Counted from the stretch's first letter, positions 8,604 through 19,604 are shown. The stretch: DNA of 31,810 nucleotides from Deferribacterales bacterium (GCA_050253335.1 JBFWJG010000030.1:1-31810); one strand, 5' to 3'. The notes: generated by a model from the letters alone, not told the origin. Translations and numbers: made by a program.

Positions 8604-9620
8604 CTACCGCACTGTATAAGTTTTACCGAACTCCGGCACTATGAACCCGGATTCAGGCAGTCCGGCCGCTTCCCTTGCCTTTATCAGCCTTTCCGCCGGT
8701 TCGTCTATCCCTTCATCAGTTAGCTGGACGGTTCCGAAGTGGCTCCCTATGCTGAATTTTGAATTGATCTCCTGATGTATCTGAACGGCTTCCTCAGGAT
8801 TAACGTGCGAGTATTTCATGAACCATCTGGGTTCATATGCACCGATGGGGATTACAGCCAGCTCAAACTCTCCGAATCTGTCCGCCAGCATTTTATCATG
8901 ACTGCCCTTTGCTGTGTCCCCCGCGAAATAGATGTTTCCCGAACCTCCGGTAAGCACAAAACCGCCCCAAAGGGTCATGTTCCTGTCCCACGGCGTTCGG
9001 GCGGAAAAGTGCCTTGCGGGAACAAATGTGATTTTCAGCCCCTTAAAGTCTGTCTCTTCCCACCAGTCCATTTCGGTCACGTTTTTGAACCCTGTTTCCA
9101 TAATATCGGGCACATTGCCCAGCCCTGTGTAAACGGCGGCATCGGGAAAGAGTCTGTGCAGTTTTTCAAGGGCGGGTTTGTCCATATGTTCGTAGTGATT
9201 GTGGCTGATAAGGATAATATCCACAGGCGGCAGATCCTCCATCCTCACGCCCGCATCACGCACACGCCTGGGCCCCGCCCACGAAACAGGGCTTGCCCTG
9301 TATGAGTAAAACGGATCCGTGAGAATGTTCAGTCCGTCTGTCTGTATAAGAAATGTGCTGTGATTGATGAAGGTAACAGAAAGCCCTTCCGCGCGTTCAT
9401 GCGGAATTTTTTCAGGAGTGCTTTCAATCCATTCCGGCCATTCGGTTTTATCTGAACTGAACTTCCATTTCAGCAGATCCATGGCGGAGCGCTCAGAGCG
9501 GGAGTCATAGTTATAAAACCTTTTGCCGTCAAACGGCGCATTTATATGTGCTCTTTCAACTTTTGCTGATGCTGAACATCCCGCCAGAATCAGGGTAAGA
9601 ATAATAACTCTCAGACTCAT
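8604..9620 (-). CDS. MBL-fold metallo-hydrolase (NAPE-PLD/RomA-like), predicted lipoprotein
   Basis: LAG-C lipobox; NILTDP, SHNHYEHMD, PARHFSAR, YFAGDT, PIGAYEPRWFM and HFGT motifs. Confidence 0.88.
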   Translation of the reverse strand: MSLRVIILTLILAGCSASAKVERAHINAPFDGKRFYNYDSRSERSAMDLLKWKFSSDKTEWPEWIESTPEKIPHERAEGLSVTFINHSTFLIQTDGLNILTDPFYSYRASPVSWAGPRRVRDAGVRMEDLPPVDIILISHNHYEHMDKPALEKLHRLFPDAAVYTGLGNVPDIMETGFKNVTEMDWWEETDFKGLKITFVPARHFSARTPWDRNMTLWGGFVLTGGSGNIYFAGDTAKGSHDKMLADRFGEFELAVIPIGAYEPRWFMKYSHVNPEEAVQIHQEINSKFSIGSHFGTVQLTDEGIDEPAERLIKAREAAGLPESGFIVPEFGKTYTVR

Positions 9621-9804
9621 AAAATCCCCCTGATCTTTTTAATAATTTATTAACTGTTGACCATTTCAGGCATTAAAAGTTTTCTTTTATCCGGTACATC
9701 ATATTAATAAAAATACTGGACAATAACTACGGTTAATTGTTATTGTTAGCTTTGTTTTGGTAATACCTCTTTCCCATATACAATGTTCTGCGGGGGGTTG
9801 GGCT

Positions 9805-11517
9805 GTGTTTTACGATGTCTACAAATGGCTTGAACGAAATTTCTTTAATTCTCTTTCCAGAAAGATAGCAGGCAATCTTATTTTTTTAACCGGTGTTTCT
9901 TTTGCGGCTCTGATTTATCTCCTTTCGGAAACTGAAAGTGACGGATTTGTTTATTTTGTTTTGTGTGTATTGTTTTTCTCTTCTGTTTTCACATTTTTCT
10001 TCATGAGAAGTCTGATTGTCAGACCAATTACGGATGTTATTCACACTCTTGAGGAAATGAACAACGGCTCCAAGGATCTTTCCAGACAGATAAAGTGCAG
10101 TTCCATAGATGAAATAGCCGAAATGGTGGACAAATTTAACCTCTACCAGAGGAATATTGCCGCAACTGTGGACGACATAAGACGTCTTGGGCTCAAGATT
10201 GCAGAAGAAACTGCAAAAACCTCAAAAAATATCAATGATTCGGCGGATGATGCCAAAAATCAGGGCGAGCTGGCGGGAATTATATTTAACGCCAGCAGTG
10301 AAGCCACATCGGCGCTGACGGATATTTCCGTGAGCACATCAGAAATTACCGGCTCGACTTCCGAAAATCTGGAATCTGTCCGCAGGAGCTACTCGGACAT
10401 GGTTAACATTACCGAAGAGATCAATATCATTAAATCCGAGATAGATTCCTTTCAGCGCACCGTTTCCGATCTCAGTAAAAATTCGGAAAACATCAGGCTG
10501 ATCGTCTCCCTCATAAACGATATCTCCGATCAGACAAACCTTCTGGCTCTGAACGCCGCCATAGAAGCCGCCAGAGCAGGGGAGGCGGGAAGAGGATTCG
10601 CGGTGGTGGCGGATGAGGTGCGGAAGCTAGCGGAACGCACCCAGAGCGCAACAAACGACATAAGCAACAACATAAGCGGCATGACGGAACTTGTTAAAAA
10701 CACAGACAGCGGAGCAAAGCAGATTGAATCCTACGCCGCGAACATTCAGTCTGTGGTCACAAACGCAACGGAACAGTTCCAGAGCATGATGGATGATCTG
10801 GAGAAAAACAATTCAAACCTTCTGAGAATCGCCTCCGCCATTGAGGAGCTTTCTGTTACCAACAGCCAGATACACGACAATGTCGATTCCATAAACACGC
10901 TCAGCATTAATGTCGCAGGGCACATGAAGCTTTCGGAGGACGCCTCCCGCAGGCTGGGCGGATTCACGGAGGATCTGCTTGATAATGTAGCCTCTTTTAA
11001 AACAGGCAATTCCTCGGTGGAAAAGCTTATTGTCAGAGCAGGCGAGATGCGTGACCTTTTTCAGAAGGAGCTTGATGCCCTCTCCTCAAAATGCGATGTA
11101 TTTGACCGGAATTACAAACCTGTTAAAAATACTGACCCGCAGAAGTATGAAACCTCATATAACAGACAGTTTGAATCGTCCATGCAGAAAATGTTTGATA
11201 AGTTCCGTGATGAACTGGGAGCGATATATTCCCTCGGCGTTGATGTGAACGGTTATCTGCCCACCCACCACAGCCAGTTTTCCCGCCCGATGACGGGAAA
11301 TCCAAAGGAAGACCTCGTCAACAGCCGCCATATGAGGATATACAGCGCCAATCAGGTTGAGAAAAGAAGAGCGAAAAACACCAAGCCTTTCCTGCTTCAG
11401 ACCTATGCCCGCGACACAGGGGAGCTGCTTAATGATCTTTCCCTCCCTGTGTATGTGAAAGGGAAGCACTGGGGCAATTTCATACTGGGGCTGAAGCCCG
11501 AGAAAGTGCAGAGCTGA
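9805..11517 (+). CDS. Methyl-accepting chemotaxis protein (2 TM, HAMP, signalling domain, extra C-terminal domain)
   Basis: [40 protein letters not shown]; probable GTG start at 9805 after a G-rich RBS (ORF track starts at 9757). Confidence 0.92.
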   Translation: MFYDVYKWLERNFFNSLSRKIAGNLIFLTGVSFAALIYLLSETESDGFVYFVLCVLFFSSVFTFFFMRSLIVRPITDVIHTLEEMNNGSKDLSRQIKCSSIDEIAEMVDKFNLYQRNIAATVDDIRRLGLKIAEETAKTSKNINDSADDAKNQGELAGIIFNASSEATSALTDISVSTSEITGSTSENLESVRRSYSDMVNITEEINIIKSEIDSFQRTVSDLSKNSENIRLIVSLINDISDQTNLLALNAAIEAARAGEAGRGFAVVADEVRKLAERTQSATNDISNNISGMTELVKNTDSGAKQIESYAANIQSVVTNATEQFQSMMDDLEKNNSNLLRIASAIEELSVTNSQIHDNVDSINTLSINVAGHMKLSEDASRRLGGFTEDLLDNVASFKTGNSSVEKLIVRAGEMRDLFQKELDALSSKCDVFDRNYKPVKNTDPQKYETSYNRQFESSMQKMFDKFRDELGAIYSLGVDVNGYLPTHHSQFSRPMTGNPKEDLVNSRHMRIYSANQVEKRRAKNTKPFLLQTYARDTGELLNDLSLPVYVKGKHWGNFILGLKPEKVQS

Positions 11518-11596
11518 AATATTTCCGGCTTAACGGCTTGATTTTGTCCCCTTCGGCGGTATACAATCAGTCATAAGTTTTCAGAGCGAGGCTTGC

Positions 11597-12412
11597 ATGG
11601 TTGAAATGTTTACAGGGTTGAGTCCGGTTTATCAGGCGCTTATAGCCACTTTCTTCACATGGGGGATGACTGCCCTCGGCGGTTCTCTTGTGTTCTTTTT
11701 TGTTAAAATCAACCGTAAGCTTATGGACGGAATGCTCGGCTTTGCAGCCGGAGTGATGATAGCCGCAAGCTACTGGTCTCTCCTTGCCCCTGCCATTGAA
11801 ATGGCAGAGAACAGCGGAGACACTCCCGCGTGGATACCTGCGGTTGTGGGTTTTCTTGCCGGAGGTGCTTTTCTCTGGGCCATAGACAAGGTTCTGCCTC
11901 ACCTGCATCTTGGCTTTCCGAAATCTGAGGCAGAGGGGATTAAGACAGGCTGGCAGCGCAGTGTTCTTCTTGTTCTCGCAATCACTCTTCATAACATACC
12001 CGAAGGGCTGGCGGTCGGCGTGGCTTTCGGTGCGGTGGCATATGGCCTTCCCTCTGCGGATCTTGCCGGAGCTGTCGCCCTTGCCATAGGCATCGGGATA
12101 CAGAACTTCCCTGAAGGCACGGCGGTTTCCGTTCCTCTCCGCAGGGAGGGGCTGAGTAAGTTTAAATGTTTCTGGTACGGGCAGCTTTCAGGCATAGTGG
12201 AGCCCATTGCCGCCGTGATAGGTGTTCTTGCTGTTCTTGCCATGCGCCCCATACTCCCCTATGCCCTTGCTTTTGCCGCCGGAGCTATGATTTATGTTGT
12301 GGTGGAGGAGCTGATTCCTGAATCCCAGCTTGAAAAAAATACAGACATAGCCACAATCGGCACGATGCTGGGCTTTGCTGTGATGATGACTCTGGATGTG
12401 GCCTTGGGGTAA
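11597..12412 (+). CDS. ZIP family metal transporter (GufA/ZupT-like)
   Basis: [31 protein letters not shown] and [18 protein letters not shown] motifs. Confidence 0.93.
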   Translation: MVEMFTGLSPVYQALIATFFTWGMTALGGSLVFFFVKINRKLMDGMLGFAAGVMIAASYWSLLAPAIEMAENSGDTPAWIPAVVGFLAGGAFLWAIDKVLPHLHLGFPKSEAEGIKTGWQRSVLLVLAITLHNIPEGLAVGVAFGAVAYGLPSADLAGAVALAIGIGIQNFPEGTAVSVPLRREGLSKFKCFWYGQLSGIVEPIAAVIGVLAVLAMRPILPYALAFAAGAMIYVVVEELIPESQLEKNTDIATIGTMLGFAVMMTLDVALG

Positions 12413-12526
12413 AATCTTCACGCTTGTTTTATTTTAAATAAATTTATTCATTAATCGTTATTTCTATTGAAAAACCGTCCTCTTGTACTTATTTTTGACA
12501 TATACATTACACAAGGACGGCTTATT

Positions 12527-12889
12527 ATGATTGGAATAGGATTCGACAGGCTCGATGAGCTCAATGAGGGTGTGTTTTATCTCGATGAGAAAAGACGCAT
12601 TATCTACTGGAACAAAGGCGCGGAGGAGATCTCAGGCTATCTCAAGTCTGAATGCGCCGGAAAATTCTGCTACGACAACATTCTCTGCCACGAGGACGAA
12701 TGCGGCAAAAAGCTTTGCAGCACTTCCTGTCCCGTTGCGAAAACTCTCAAGGACGGAAAACCGAGAAATCTGGAAGCCTCATTCATTCACAAGGACGGTG
12801 AAAAGGTTGGGGCGGATATCGAAGTGAAGCCTCTGTATGATTCCACAGGGGTGATAAGGGGAGCCGTTCAGAGTTTCCGCAGGAAATAA
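12527..12889 (+). CDS. Stand-alone Cys-rich PAS domain protein (120 aa)
   Basis: AAGGA RBS; IIYWNKGAEEISGY...GKFCYDNILCHEDECGKKLCSTSCP...HKDG...GAVQSFR. Confidence 0.8.
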   Translation: MIGIGFDRLDELNEGVFYLDEKRRIIYWNKGAEEISGYLKSECAGKFCYDNILCHEDECGKKLCSTSCPVAKTLKDGKPRNLEASFIHKDGEKVGADIEVKPLYDSTGVIRGAVQSFRRK

Positions 12890-12953
12890 CACGGCGGAAC
12901 ATCAACACATTTAAAAACAGCTATGATTCTCCGAAACTTACGGAGGATTAACC

Positions 12954-13205
12954 ATGCTCGAAACCGTTGCCGTGATTCTGGGGATTGTTCATACTGTTAC
13001 AATGCTGATCTTCGTTCCTGTCTGGAACGTTCTTGCGAAGCTGAATAAAAGCATAGGCGGAGTCAGGGAGGCGCTTCAGGATCTCAGGCTCCATATATCT
13101 GAAAAATATTCCACAAAAGATGACTTCTACCGTCTTGAAAGACAGTGCGAAGAGGCTGTTCAGCGTGCTCACGAACGCATTGACGCGCTCAGCGGAAAAT
13201 GGTGA
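12954..13205 (+). CDS. Small membrane-anchored coiled-coil protein (83 aa), phage-like
   Basis: GGAGG RBS; N-terminal TM segment then amphipathic helix ending AHERIDAL. Confidence 0.65.
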   Translation: MLETVAVILGIVHTVTMLIFVPVWNVLAKLNKSIGGVREALQDLRLHISEKYSTKDDFYRLERQCEEAVQRAHERIDALSGKW

Positions 13206-13208
13206 GGC

Positions 13209-14471
13209 TCAGTCCTCACCGTTGTAGAACCGCCATTTTTTCTCAAGGATCAGTCTTGAACCCCTGCGGAAGGTAAGGTAAGACCATGCCCACTGGGAAA
13301 CAACGAGGAAGCGGTTCTTGAACCCTGCCAGATAATAGATGTGAACCAGAAGCCATGCGACCCATGCGGGAAATCCGGTTAGGCGCATTATTCCGAATTC
13401 GGTTATTGCTTTGCTGCGGCCTATGGTGGCCATCTGGCCTTTGTCTTTGTATCTGAAAGGTGTTCTTTCTCTGTCCCTGATTTCTTTTTCTATCAGATCC
13501 GCAAGGTAATTTCCCTGCTGCATGGCGACCGGCGCTATGCCGGGCAGGGGTCTTCCCTCTCCGTCAGGGAAACAGGCGCAGTCTCCCGCGGCGAAAATAT
13601 CAGGATGACCGGAAAGGCTGAGATCCGCCGTGACCGTCATTCTGTTCATCTTGTCCTTCCCTGGGGTGAAATCAGAGTCGATGGAGTTTGCCCTGACTCC
13701 CGCCGCCCAGAGAACGGCTGTTGTTTCTATCCTTTCGTTGCCTACGTTGAGGCCGTTTTCATCGATATTTGTCACAATGCTGTTTGTCCAGACCTGAACG
13801 CCTAGCTGTTCCAGAGCTCTTGTCGCCCACGCTGAAAGCTTTTTGCTGAAGGAAGGCAGGATGCGGTTTCCGCCTTCGATAAGGATGACTCTGGTGAGCT
13901 TTGCGTCTATGTTTTTAAAATCTCTGGCAAGGGTGTATCTGCTCATTTCTCCGATTGCCCCTGCCAGTTCCACTCCGGTGGGTCCGCCGCCGACAACCGC
14001 AAATGTGAGGTATTTTTTCTGAAGGCTCCGGTCGGATGTTTTTTCGGCGTTTTCGAAGGCGGAAAGAACGCGTCTGCGTATCTCTGTGGCCTGTTCGAGG
14101 GTTTTCAGACCCGGAGCGTGCTGTTCCCAGTGTTCATTGCCGAAGTAGGTGTGTTTTGCTCCGCAGGCCAGTATAAGATAGTCATAGGGCAGTTCGCCGA
14201 AATCAGTGACGACCTTTTTCTCTGCCGAGTTTATGAAAAGCGCTTTCCCCTGAACAACCTTGATATTGCTGTATTTCGCCAGAAGGCTCCTTACCGGAAC
14301 TGCTATGTCCGCAGGGTTGAGGCCGGCCATCGCCACCTGATAAAGCAGGGGCTGGAAAAGATGATGGTTTGCCCTGTCGATAAGGATTACCTCCGCATCT
14401 TTGCAGCCGCCTAATCCTTTTGCGGCGTTGAGCCCTGCGAACCCTCCGCCGATTATTACTACCCGCTTCAT
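13209..14471 (-). CDS. ndh: Type II NADH:quinone oxidoreductase
   Basis: VVIIGGGFAGL, FQPLLYQVA, VVGGGPTGVELAG, AAGD, A.VAMQQG and GQMATIGR motifs; GGAGG RBS supports start at 14471. Confidence 0.92.
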   Translation of the reverse strand: MKRVVIIGGGFAGLNAAKGLGGCKDAEVILIDRANHHLFQPLLYQVAMAGLNPADIAVPVRSLLAKYSNIKVVQGKALFINSAEKKVVTDFGELPYDYLILACGAKHTYFGNEHWEQHAPGLKTLEQATEIRRRVLSAFENAEKTSDRSLQKKYLTFAVVGGGPTGVELAGAIGEMSRYTLARDFKNIDAKLTRVILIEGGNRILPSFSKKLSAWATRALEQLGVQVWTNSIVTNIDENGLNVGNERIETTAVLWAAGVRANSIDSDFTPGKDKMNRMTVTADLSLSGHPDIFAAGDCACFPDGEGRPLPGIAPVAMQQGNYLADLIEKEIRDRERTPFRYKDKGQMATIGRSKAITEFGIMRLTGFPAWVAWLLVHIYYLAGFKNRFLVVSQWAWSYLTFRRGSRLILEKKWRFYNGED

Positions 14472-14616
14472 ACAACCTCCGCATAAAGAAGACAAAACCT
14501 GTGTGTTTTATGATGATCAGGCATTTGAGCCTACAGGTCAAGAGTTTGTTTTTGATTTTTCCGCAGGGGGTATGATATAATTGTATTACGATGTTCTATA
14601 AACGAAGGGGATTCGG

Positions 14617-15276
14617 ATGAATGTTTATGAACAGATACTCGGAACAGCAGAGGCCTCCGAGAAGAGCATATGCTCAGATGCTTGTTTCTCAAGGCTTGTT
14701 GCGGATGTATTGGCATGTTCTGAAGCATATCTCTCAGAGAATGTTGATAAAACAGATTTTGATTTTATTGACTGTAAGAAAGGATGCGCCCACTGCTGTG
14801 TGGTTTACATCACAGTGCTTATGCCGGAGGCGGTCAATATTGCTGATTTTCTCCGCAGAGAGGGGAGGGCGGAAGGGCTTATCCCTCTGCTTGAGGAGCG
14901 CGTGAAAGAGACCAGATGGACGGATGAGCAGGACTGGAGCCTTCTCGGTAAGAAGTGTATTTTTCTGGATCAGGACGGAGCCTGCTCCATATACCCCGTC
15001 AGGCCGCTTCTGTGCAGGGCTGTTACCTCGGTTTCGGCGGAGGACTGCCACGAGGCGCTGGCGGCGAGGATTATGGGGGAGGAGACGCCCGTGCTCATGA
15101 ACATCGCCGTGAAAAAGACCTATGAGCAGGGCTTCAGAGCCATGGCCGATTTGCTTAAAGCGCACGGGATGGACAACGCAGGGCTTGAGCTCACCCGTGC
15201 TGTGCTGTGCGCGCTTAAAAACAGCGGTCTTGCGGAAAGGCTGAAAAAAGGGGAGAAGATACGCCCTTTCTGCTAA
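14617..15276 (+). CDS. YkgJ-family cysteine-cluster (CxxCxxCC-type) protein
   Basis: CKKGCAHCC ... CIFL...GACSIYPVRPLLCR. Confidence 0.85.
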   Translation: MNVYEQILGTAEASEKSICSDACFSRLVADVLACSEAYLSENVDKTDFDFIDCKKGCAHCCVVYITVLMPEAVNIADFLRREGRAEGLIPLLEERVKETRWTDEQDWSLLGKKCIFLDQDGACSIYPVRPLLCRAVTSVSAEDCHEALAARIMGEETPVLMNIAVKKTYEQGFRAMADLLKAHGMDNAGLELTRAVLCALKNSGLAERLKKGEKIRPFC

Positions 15277-16532
15277 GCTGCAATGTAAAGCGCAAGTCCG
15301 CCCGCTGCAAGTGCGGTTATGAACACGCCCATAACTCTTATGCCTATCTGCCTGTTTGAAATCAGCAGAACAAGAAGCCCTTTCAGGATGGTGTTTGTGG
15401 CTGCCGCGGTCATAATTGCCGTTGCCGCCGTGGTGTGGCTGAGTTCTCCGTGGGCGAGCCTCGCCATGGATATGGTTATCGCGTCCACGTCTGTCAAGCC
15501 TGAAAAGAATGCCAGAACAATTATTCCGGTGTCGCCGTAGTATTCTTTGATGAACTGCGAAAAAAGCAGGATCATCGATATCAGACCCGCGAATTTAAGA
15601 GCGGGCAGTATCTGAAAAGGGTTGCTGAGCGGCGGAACATCAGCTTTTGCCTCTTTGTCCCTTGCCCTTGTAAACCAGAAAAAAGCCATGCCGAGATATA
15701 CGGAAGCGCCGCTGACGATAAGGGGAACCGCCACAAGCTTCAGAAGCTCCTTGTTGACCACGGAAACCTCTATGAGCATCCTCGGGAACATGGTTCCGCA
15801 GGCTACGAGTATTCCGGCGGAGAAAACCCTTTTAAGCTGTGAGTGCTTGCCCAGTCTGGAGAAGGAGAGGGTGAGCGCGGTTGAGGAGACAAGCCCGCCG
15901 AGAATGCCTGTTATCATTATTCCTTTGCCTGCTCCTGCTATGCGTATGGCGAAATAACCCGCGAAGGACATTCCGGTTATCAGAACCACAAACCACCAAA
16001 CCTCATAAGGATTGAGGGCGGAGTATGGGCCGTATCCCTTGTCCGGCAGAACCGGAAGAAGAACCACAGAGATAAGGAGAAGCTTCAGTGTGGCGTGAAT
16101 TTCCTTGGCTTCAAGTTTACGCACCCATTGATAGACAAAGGGTTTCATGCTGAGGATCACCGCTGTTACCACTGCGATTGACGATGCCATGCTCATAAAC
16201 CCCATGGAGGAGAGGATGCCCAGACAGAAGGTTATATCCGCGGCGACAACGGTTGTGATCCCCACTCCGTGAGGCCTTCCGCAGTCGCTCACATGAACTG
16301 CTGTGAGAAGAACCGTGACCGCCGCAAAGGCTATCCCCGCTATGAGCAGGTTGCTGTATGTATTGCTGATGAAACCGATTATCCCGCCGAGAAGCCCTAT
16401 CAGGCCGAAGGTGCGCAGACCGAAAAAGGGCGAGGACTCGCCGTCTATGACCTCCCGCCAGCCCCTTTCCAGACCAATGAGAAGCCCCAGAGCCAAAGAC
16501 AGGAACAGAGGAATAAAATCGTTCATCCGCAC
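15273..16532 (-). CDS. MgtC/SapB-family membrane protein with DUF4010 domain
   Basis: LGLLIGLER, GLRTF, GITT, GGLVSSTA and SGLTDVDAIT motifs. Confidence 0.88.
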   Translation of the reverse strand: MRMNDFIPLFLSLALGLLIGLERGWREVIDGESSPFFGLRTFGLIGLLGGIIGFISNTYSNLLIAGIAFAAVTVLLTAVHVSDCGRPHGVGITTVVAADITFCLGILSSMGFMSMASSIAVVTAVILSMKPFVYQWVRKLEAKEIHATLKLLLISVVLLPVLPDKGYGPYSALNPYEVWWFVVLITGMSFAGYFAIRIAGAGKGIMITGILGGLVSSTALTLSFSRLGKHSQLKRVFSAGILVACGTMFPRMLIEVSVVNKELLKLVAVPLIVSGASVYLGMAFFWFTRARDKEAKADVPPLSNPFQILPALKFAGLISMILLFSQFIKEYYGDTGIIVLAFFSGLTDVDAITISMARLAHGELSHTTAATAIMTAAATNTILKGLLVLLISNRQIGIRVMGVFITALAAGGLALYIAA

Positions 16533-16611
16533 ACCTTCATTAATATAGTTAATAACAGCTTAGCCTATTTAATTCAGGATAACAAACTAAGAAATGAACA
16601 GGCGGGCAGAC

Positions 16612-19581
16612 TCAGCTCATTATTTTCAGGCTGACTTTGTTCCTTCCTGCGTCTTTTGATTTGTAAAGCTCTTCATCTGCGGTTTTATAAATGGTGTCCA
16701 TATCTGTTTTCGGATATTTAGAAAGGTCTATGCATATGCCCCCGAAAGAAGCGGTGACATATTTCGAGGCAGTGTTTCCCGAATGCTCGATCATGAGGTT
16801 TTCGACGGCGCATCTTATCTTTTCCAGAAAGACTGCGCTTTTCTCGCAGTCCTGCCCGCTGAAAAGAAGGCCGAATTCCTCGCCGCCCAGACGGAAGCTG
16901 TAGTCGGAGCTTCTCAGCATGAAGCTTTTTATGCAGTGAGCAACGCTTTTCAGCACCATGTCGCCCTGAGTGTGCCCGTATGTGTCGTTATATTCCTTGA
17001 ACTTATCCACATCCAGAAGCACAAAGGTCATATATTTGCTTTCCCTGCGCACTCTTTTAAGCTCAGCGCTCATCACGGAGGTGAAAAAGCGTCTGTTGTT
17101 CAGCCCCGTCAGATCGTCAGTGAGGGAAAGTTCCTCCACTCTTTTTCTGTCGGTTATGTCTTGGCGGACGGAAAGCATTCCGATAACCCTGCCGTCGCTG
17201 TCGAACTTGGGTGAAACGGTGGCTTTAACCCAGTACAGTTCGCCGTTTTTGCGCCTGTTTCTCACTTCTCCGATCCACTTCTCGCCGGAGAGCACCATAA
17301 AGCGGATGTCGTCCGCTGTGGGCGGGTCGTTTCTGTCATATTTGAGATCGCTGTACTTTTTGCCTATCAATTCCTCTCTGCTGTATCCCGACACACGACA
17401 GAAAGCCTCGCTCACGGATGTTATAAAGCCTTTCCTGTCTGTTTCGGAAACAATGACATTCTCGTCAATGATTTCCACATACTCATTCAGCTTGGCGTAT
17501 GCCTGTTTAAGTTCCTGCTGGGCTTTGCGCATGGCGGTTATGTCCTGCACGGTTCCGGTTATCACCTTGTCGCCGTTTTTCAGAACGGAGGTGACAGCCT
17601 TTGCGAAAACCCATTTATCGTGCCCGCCTGCTGCCGTGACCTTGTATTCCGTTTCAAAGGAAATATTTTTTCTCGCCAGATCCTGAAGATGCTTCCTCAG
17701 CCTGTTGCGGTCATTTTCATGCACTTTTTCCAGAAATGTGTCCAGATCAAGCTCATCTCCTTCCTTTATGCCGTGGATTGTGTAGAACATTTTGGAGAGC
17801 CAGAGCCTTCCTGTGTCCGGATTCCACTCCCAGTTGCCGATGTTTGATATCGTCTGGGCGTTTTCAAGGCTTGCTCTGGTTTTTATAAGCTGATCGTTCA
17901 GTTCCTTACGTGTTGTTATATCACTGAAAGTGGCTACGGTTTTGTCCACCTTGTCAGCATTCGGGGTGAAAAGGGGCATTACGTTCACAATAAACCAGCT
18001 TGCGCTTCCGTCAGGGTTTTTAAGGCCTATCACACTGTCCACGGAGGGTTTGCCGCTTGTTCTGCATTCCGCTATGGGCGGACAGAAGCTTCCCGTAATC
18101 GTATCGTTTTCATCAATGAATTTCAGTCCGACAGATTCCAGAGTCCTGCCTGTTATCCCTGTGCTGTTTCCGATTCCGAACATTGCCCTCAGGCTGGCGT
18201 TTATGCCTATGATGCGCCCCTGACCGTCCTGAAGGAGCACTCCTTCGCGCATCACGGAGATCACGGTTTTAAACCGCTTTTCGGTTTCCTGCTTTTCCTC
18301 TGTTTCTTTCAGAAGGGCGAGATGCTTCTCTTCCAGACGGTTTTCAAACTCAATCCTTTCATCGATCATGCGGTTTGCGTATTCGGCGAGGATTCTGAAT
18401 TCGGTGAAAAAAAGCTCGTCCGGCTCGATTTTCACATTTTCATCCCTTCCTCGTTCAAAGAAAAGCATGAAGGAGCCGAAGCTTCTCTTTATGCGCTCGG
18501 ATATTCTCCGTGCTATCAGAGATATGATTATGAGGATTATAAAAAGCACGCCGACTGTCTGAAAGATGCTGTTTTTTGTCCTTTCGGTCATTACAGCTTT
18601 TTCCGCCATATATTCCGATTCAATATCATCGATATAGAGCCCTGTTCCGTACACGGCGTTAAGTTCCCTGTCCGAAACAAAGTAAGATATTTTGTTTAGC
18701 GGTTTGCCCCCTTTGTGCTTGGGGTAGAGATAGGAGTAGAAGGTGCTGTCCTGTTTTTTCAGGATTTCCTTTATTTCCATATACGGATAATTGCCCGCCG
18801 AATCCTGAAATTTTTCAAAATATACCGGAGGGTCATAGAATGTGCCGAAATTTGCGTGAAGATACCCGTCAAAGTCGGCTATGATCAGGTAGCCGTCCTG
18901 ACTGAGTGGCATGTAGGCCAGAGAACGGAATATTTTTTTCCTCATCTGGCGGATGAAGATGTCTCTGTTTGCCTGAACGCCGATTATGAGTCCGCTTTGC
19001 TTCTCCAGAGCGGCGGAGACGCTTATCTCCTGAAGCCCGCTTCCGTCTCTCGGCTGGTGTTTAAAGCGGGTTGCGGCTCTGAAGCCTGTGAGGGCGTTTT
19101 TAAAGACTGTCTCGAACGGAACAGCCCCTTCTGCATCTCTGTAGGCGGATACTGCTGTTCCTTTCAGTTCGGGCATGGAGGAGTGGGCAAGGAGTATTCC
19201 GTTTTTGTCTATCACAAAAATATCCGTGCGGATGTTAATTGCCAGAGATACTATTGTGTTTATTAGCTTGTCGGGGGATTCATAAGCGGCTATCTTTTCC
19301 GCTGTTGAGTTGATTGCTGTGAGGTTTGAGGAAATGAGCCTGCTTATTTCATCTTCAGTGCGGCTTTTTTCAAAGTCTATAAATGTCCTGACTTCATCAA
19401 TCTGCGCGCGGAGAAGCTCTTTCCTGTTGTTTATCCGGGCTGATTTCAGCTCCGCTGATTCTTCGCCGAAGCGGGTATTTATCTCTTTCACCCAGAGAAA
19501 ACCGACAGTAAGGACGGTGATCACCGCAGCCGTGAACGCTGATAAAAAAATCTGTTCCGATAGATTCCTGAATTTAAGCAT
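16612..19581 (-). CDS. Membrane-bound diguanylate cyclase (periplasmic Cache-like domains, three PAS/PAC domains, GGDEF)
   Basis: Two TM segments flanking a Cache-like region (GTGLYIDDI); PAS motifs; TDDLTGLNNRR, DVDKFKEYNDTYGH, RSSD I-site and GGEEF. Confidence 0.92.
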   Translation of the reverse strand: MLKFRNLSEQIFLSAFTAAVITVLTVGFLWVKEINTRFGEESAELKSARINNRKELLRAQIDEVRTFIDFEKSRTEDEISRLISSNLTAINSTAEKIAAYESPDKLINTIVSLAINIRTDIFVIDKNGILLAHSSMPELKGTAVSAYRDAEGAVPFETVFKNALTGFRAATRFKHQPRDGSGLQEISVSAALEKQSGLIIGVQANRDIFIRQMRKKIFRSLAYMPLSQDGYLIIADFDGYLHANFGTFYDPPVYFEKFQDSAGNYPYMEIKEILKKQDSTFYSYLYPKHKGGKPLNKISYFVSDRELNAVYGTGLYIDDIESEYMAEKAVMTERTKNSIFQTVGVLFIILIIISLIARRISERIKRSFGSFMLFFERGRDENVKIEPDELFFTEFRILAEYANRMIDERIEFENRLEEKHLALLKETEEKQETEKRFKTVISVMREGVLLQDGQGRIIGINASLRAMFGIGNSTGITGRTLESVGLKFIDENDTITGSFCPPIAECRTSGKPSVDSVIGLKNPDGSASWFIVNVMPLFTPNADKVDKTVATFSDITTRKELNDQLIKTRASLENAQTISNIGNWEWNPDTGRLWLSKMFYTIHGIKEGDELDLDTFLEKVHENDRNRLRKHLQDLARKNISFETEYKVTAAGGHDKWVFAKAVTSVLKNGDKVITGTVQDITAMRKAQQELKQAYAKLNEYVEIIDENVIVSETDRKGFITSVSEAFCRVSGYSREELIGKKYSDLKYDRNDPPTADDIRFMVLSGEKWIGEVRNRRKNGELYWVKATVSPKFDSDGRVIGMLSVRQDITDRKRVEELSLTDDLTGLNNRRFFTSVMSAELKRVRRESKYMTFVLLDVDKFKEYNDTYGHTQGDMVLKSVAHCIKSFMLRSSDYSFRLGGEEFGLLFSGQDCEKSAVFLEKIRCAVENLMIEHSGNTASKYVTASFGGICIDLSKYPKTDMDTIYKTADEELYKSKDAGRNKVSLKIMS

Positions 19582-19604
19582 CGGCCTGCCTTGATTATTC
19601 AGCG

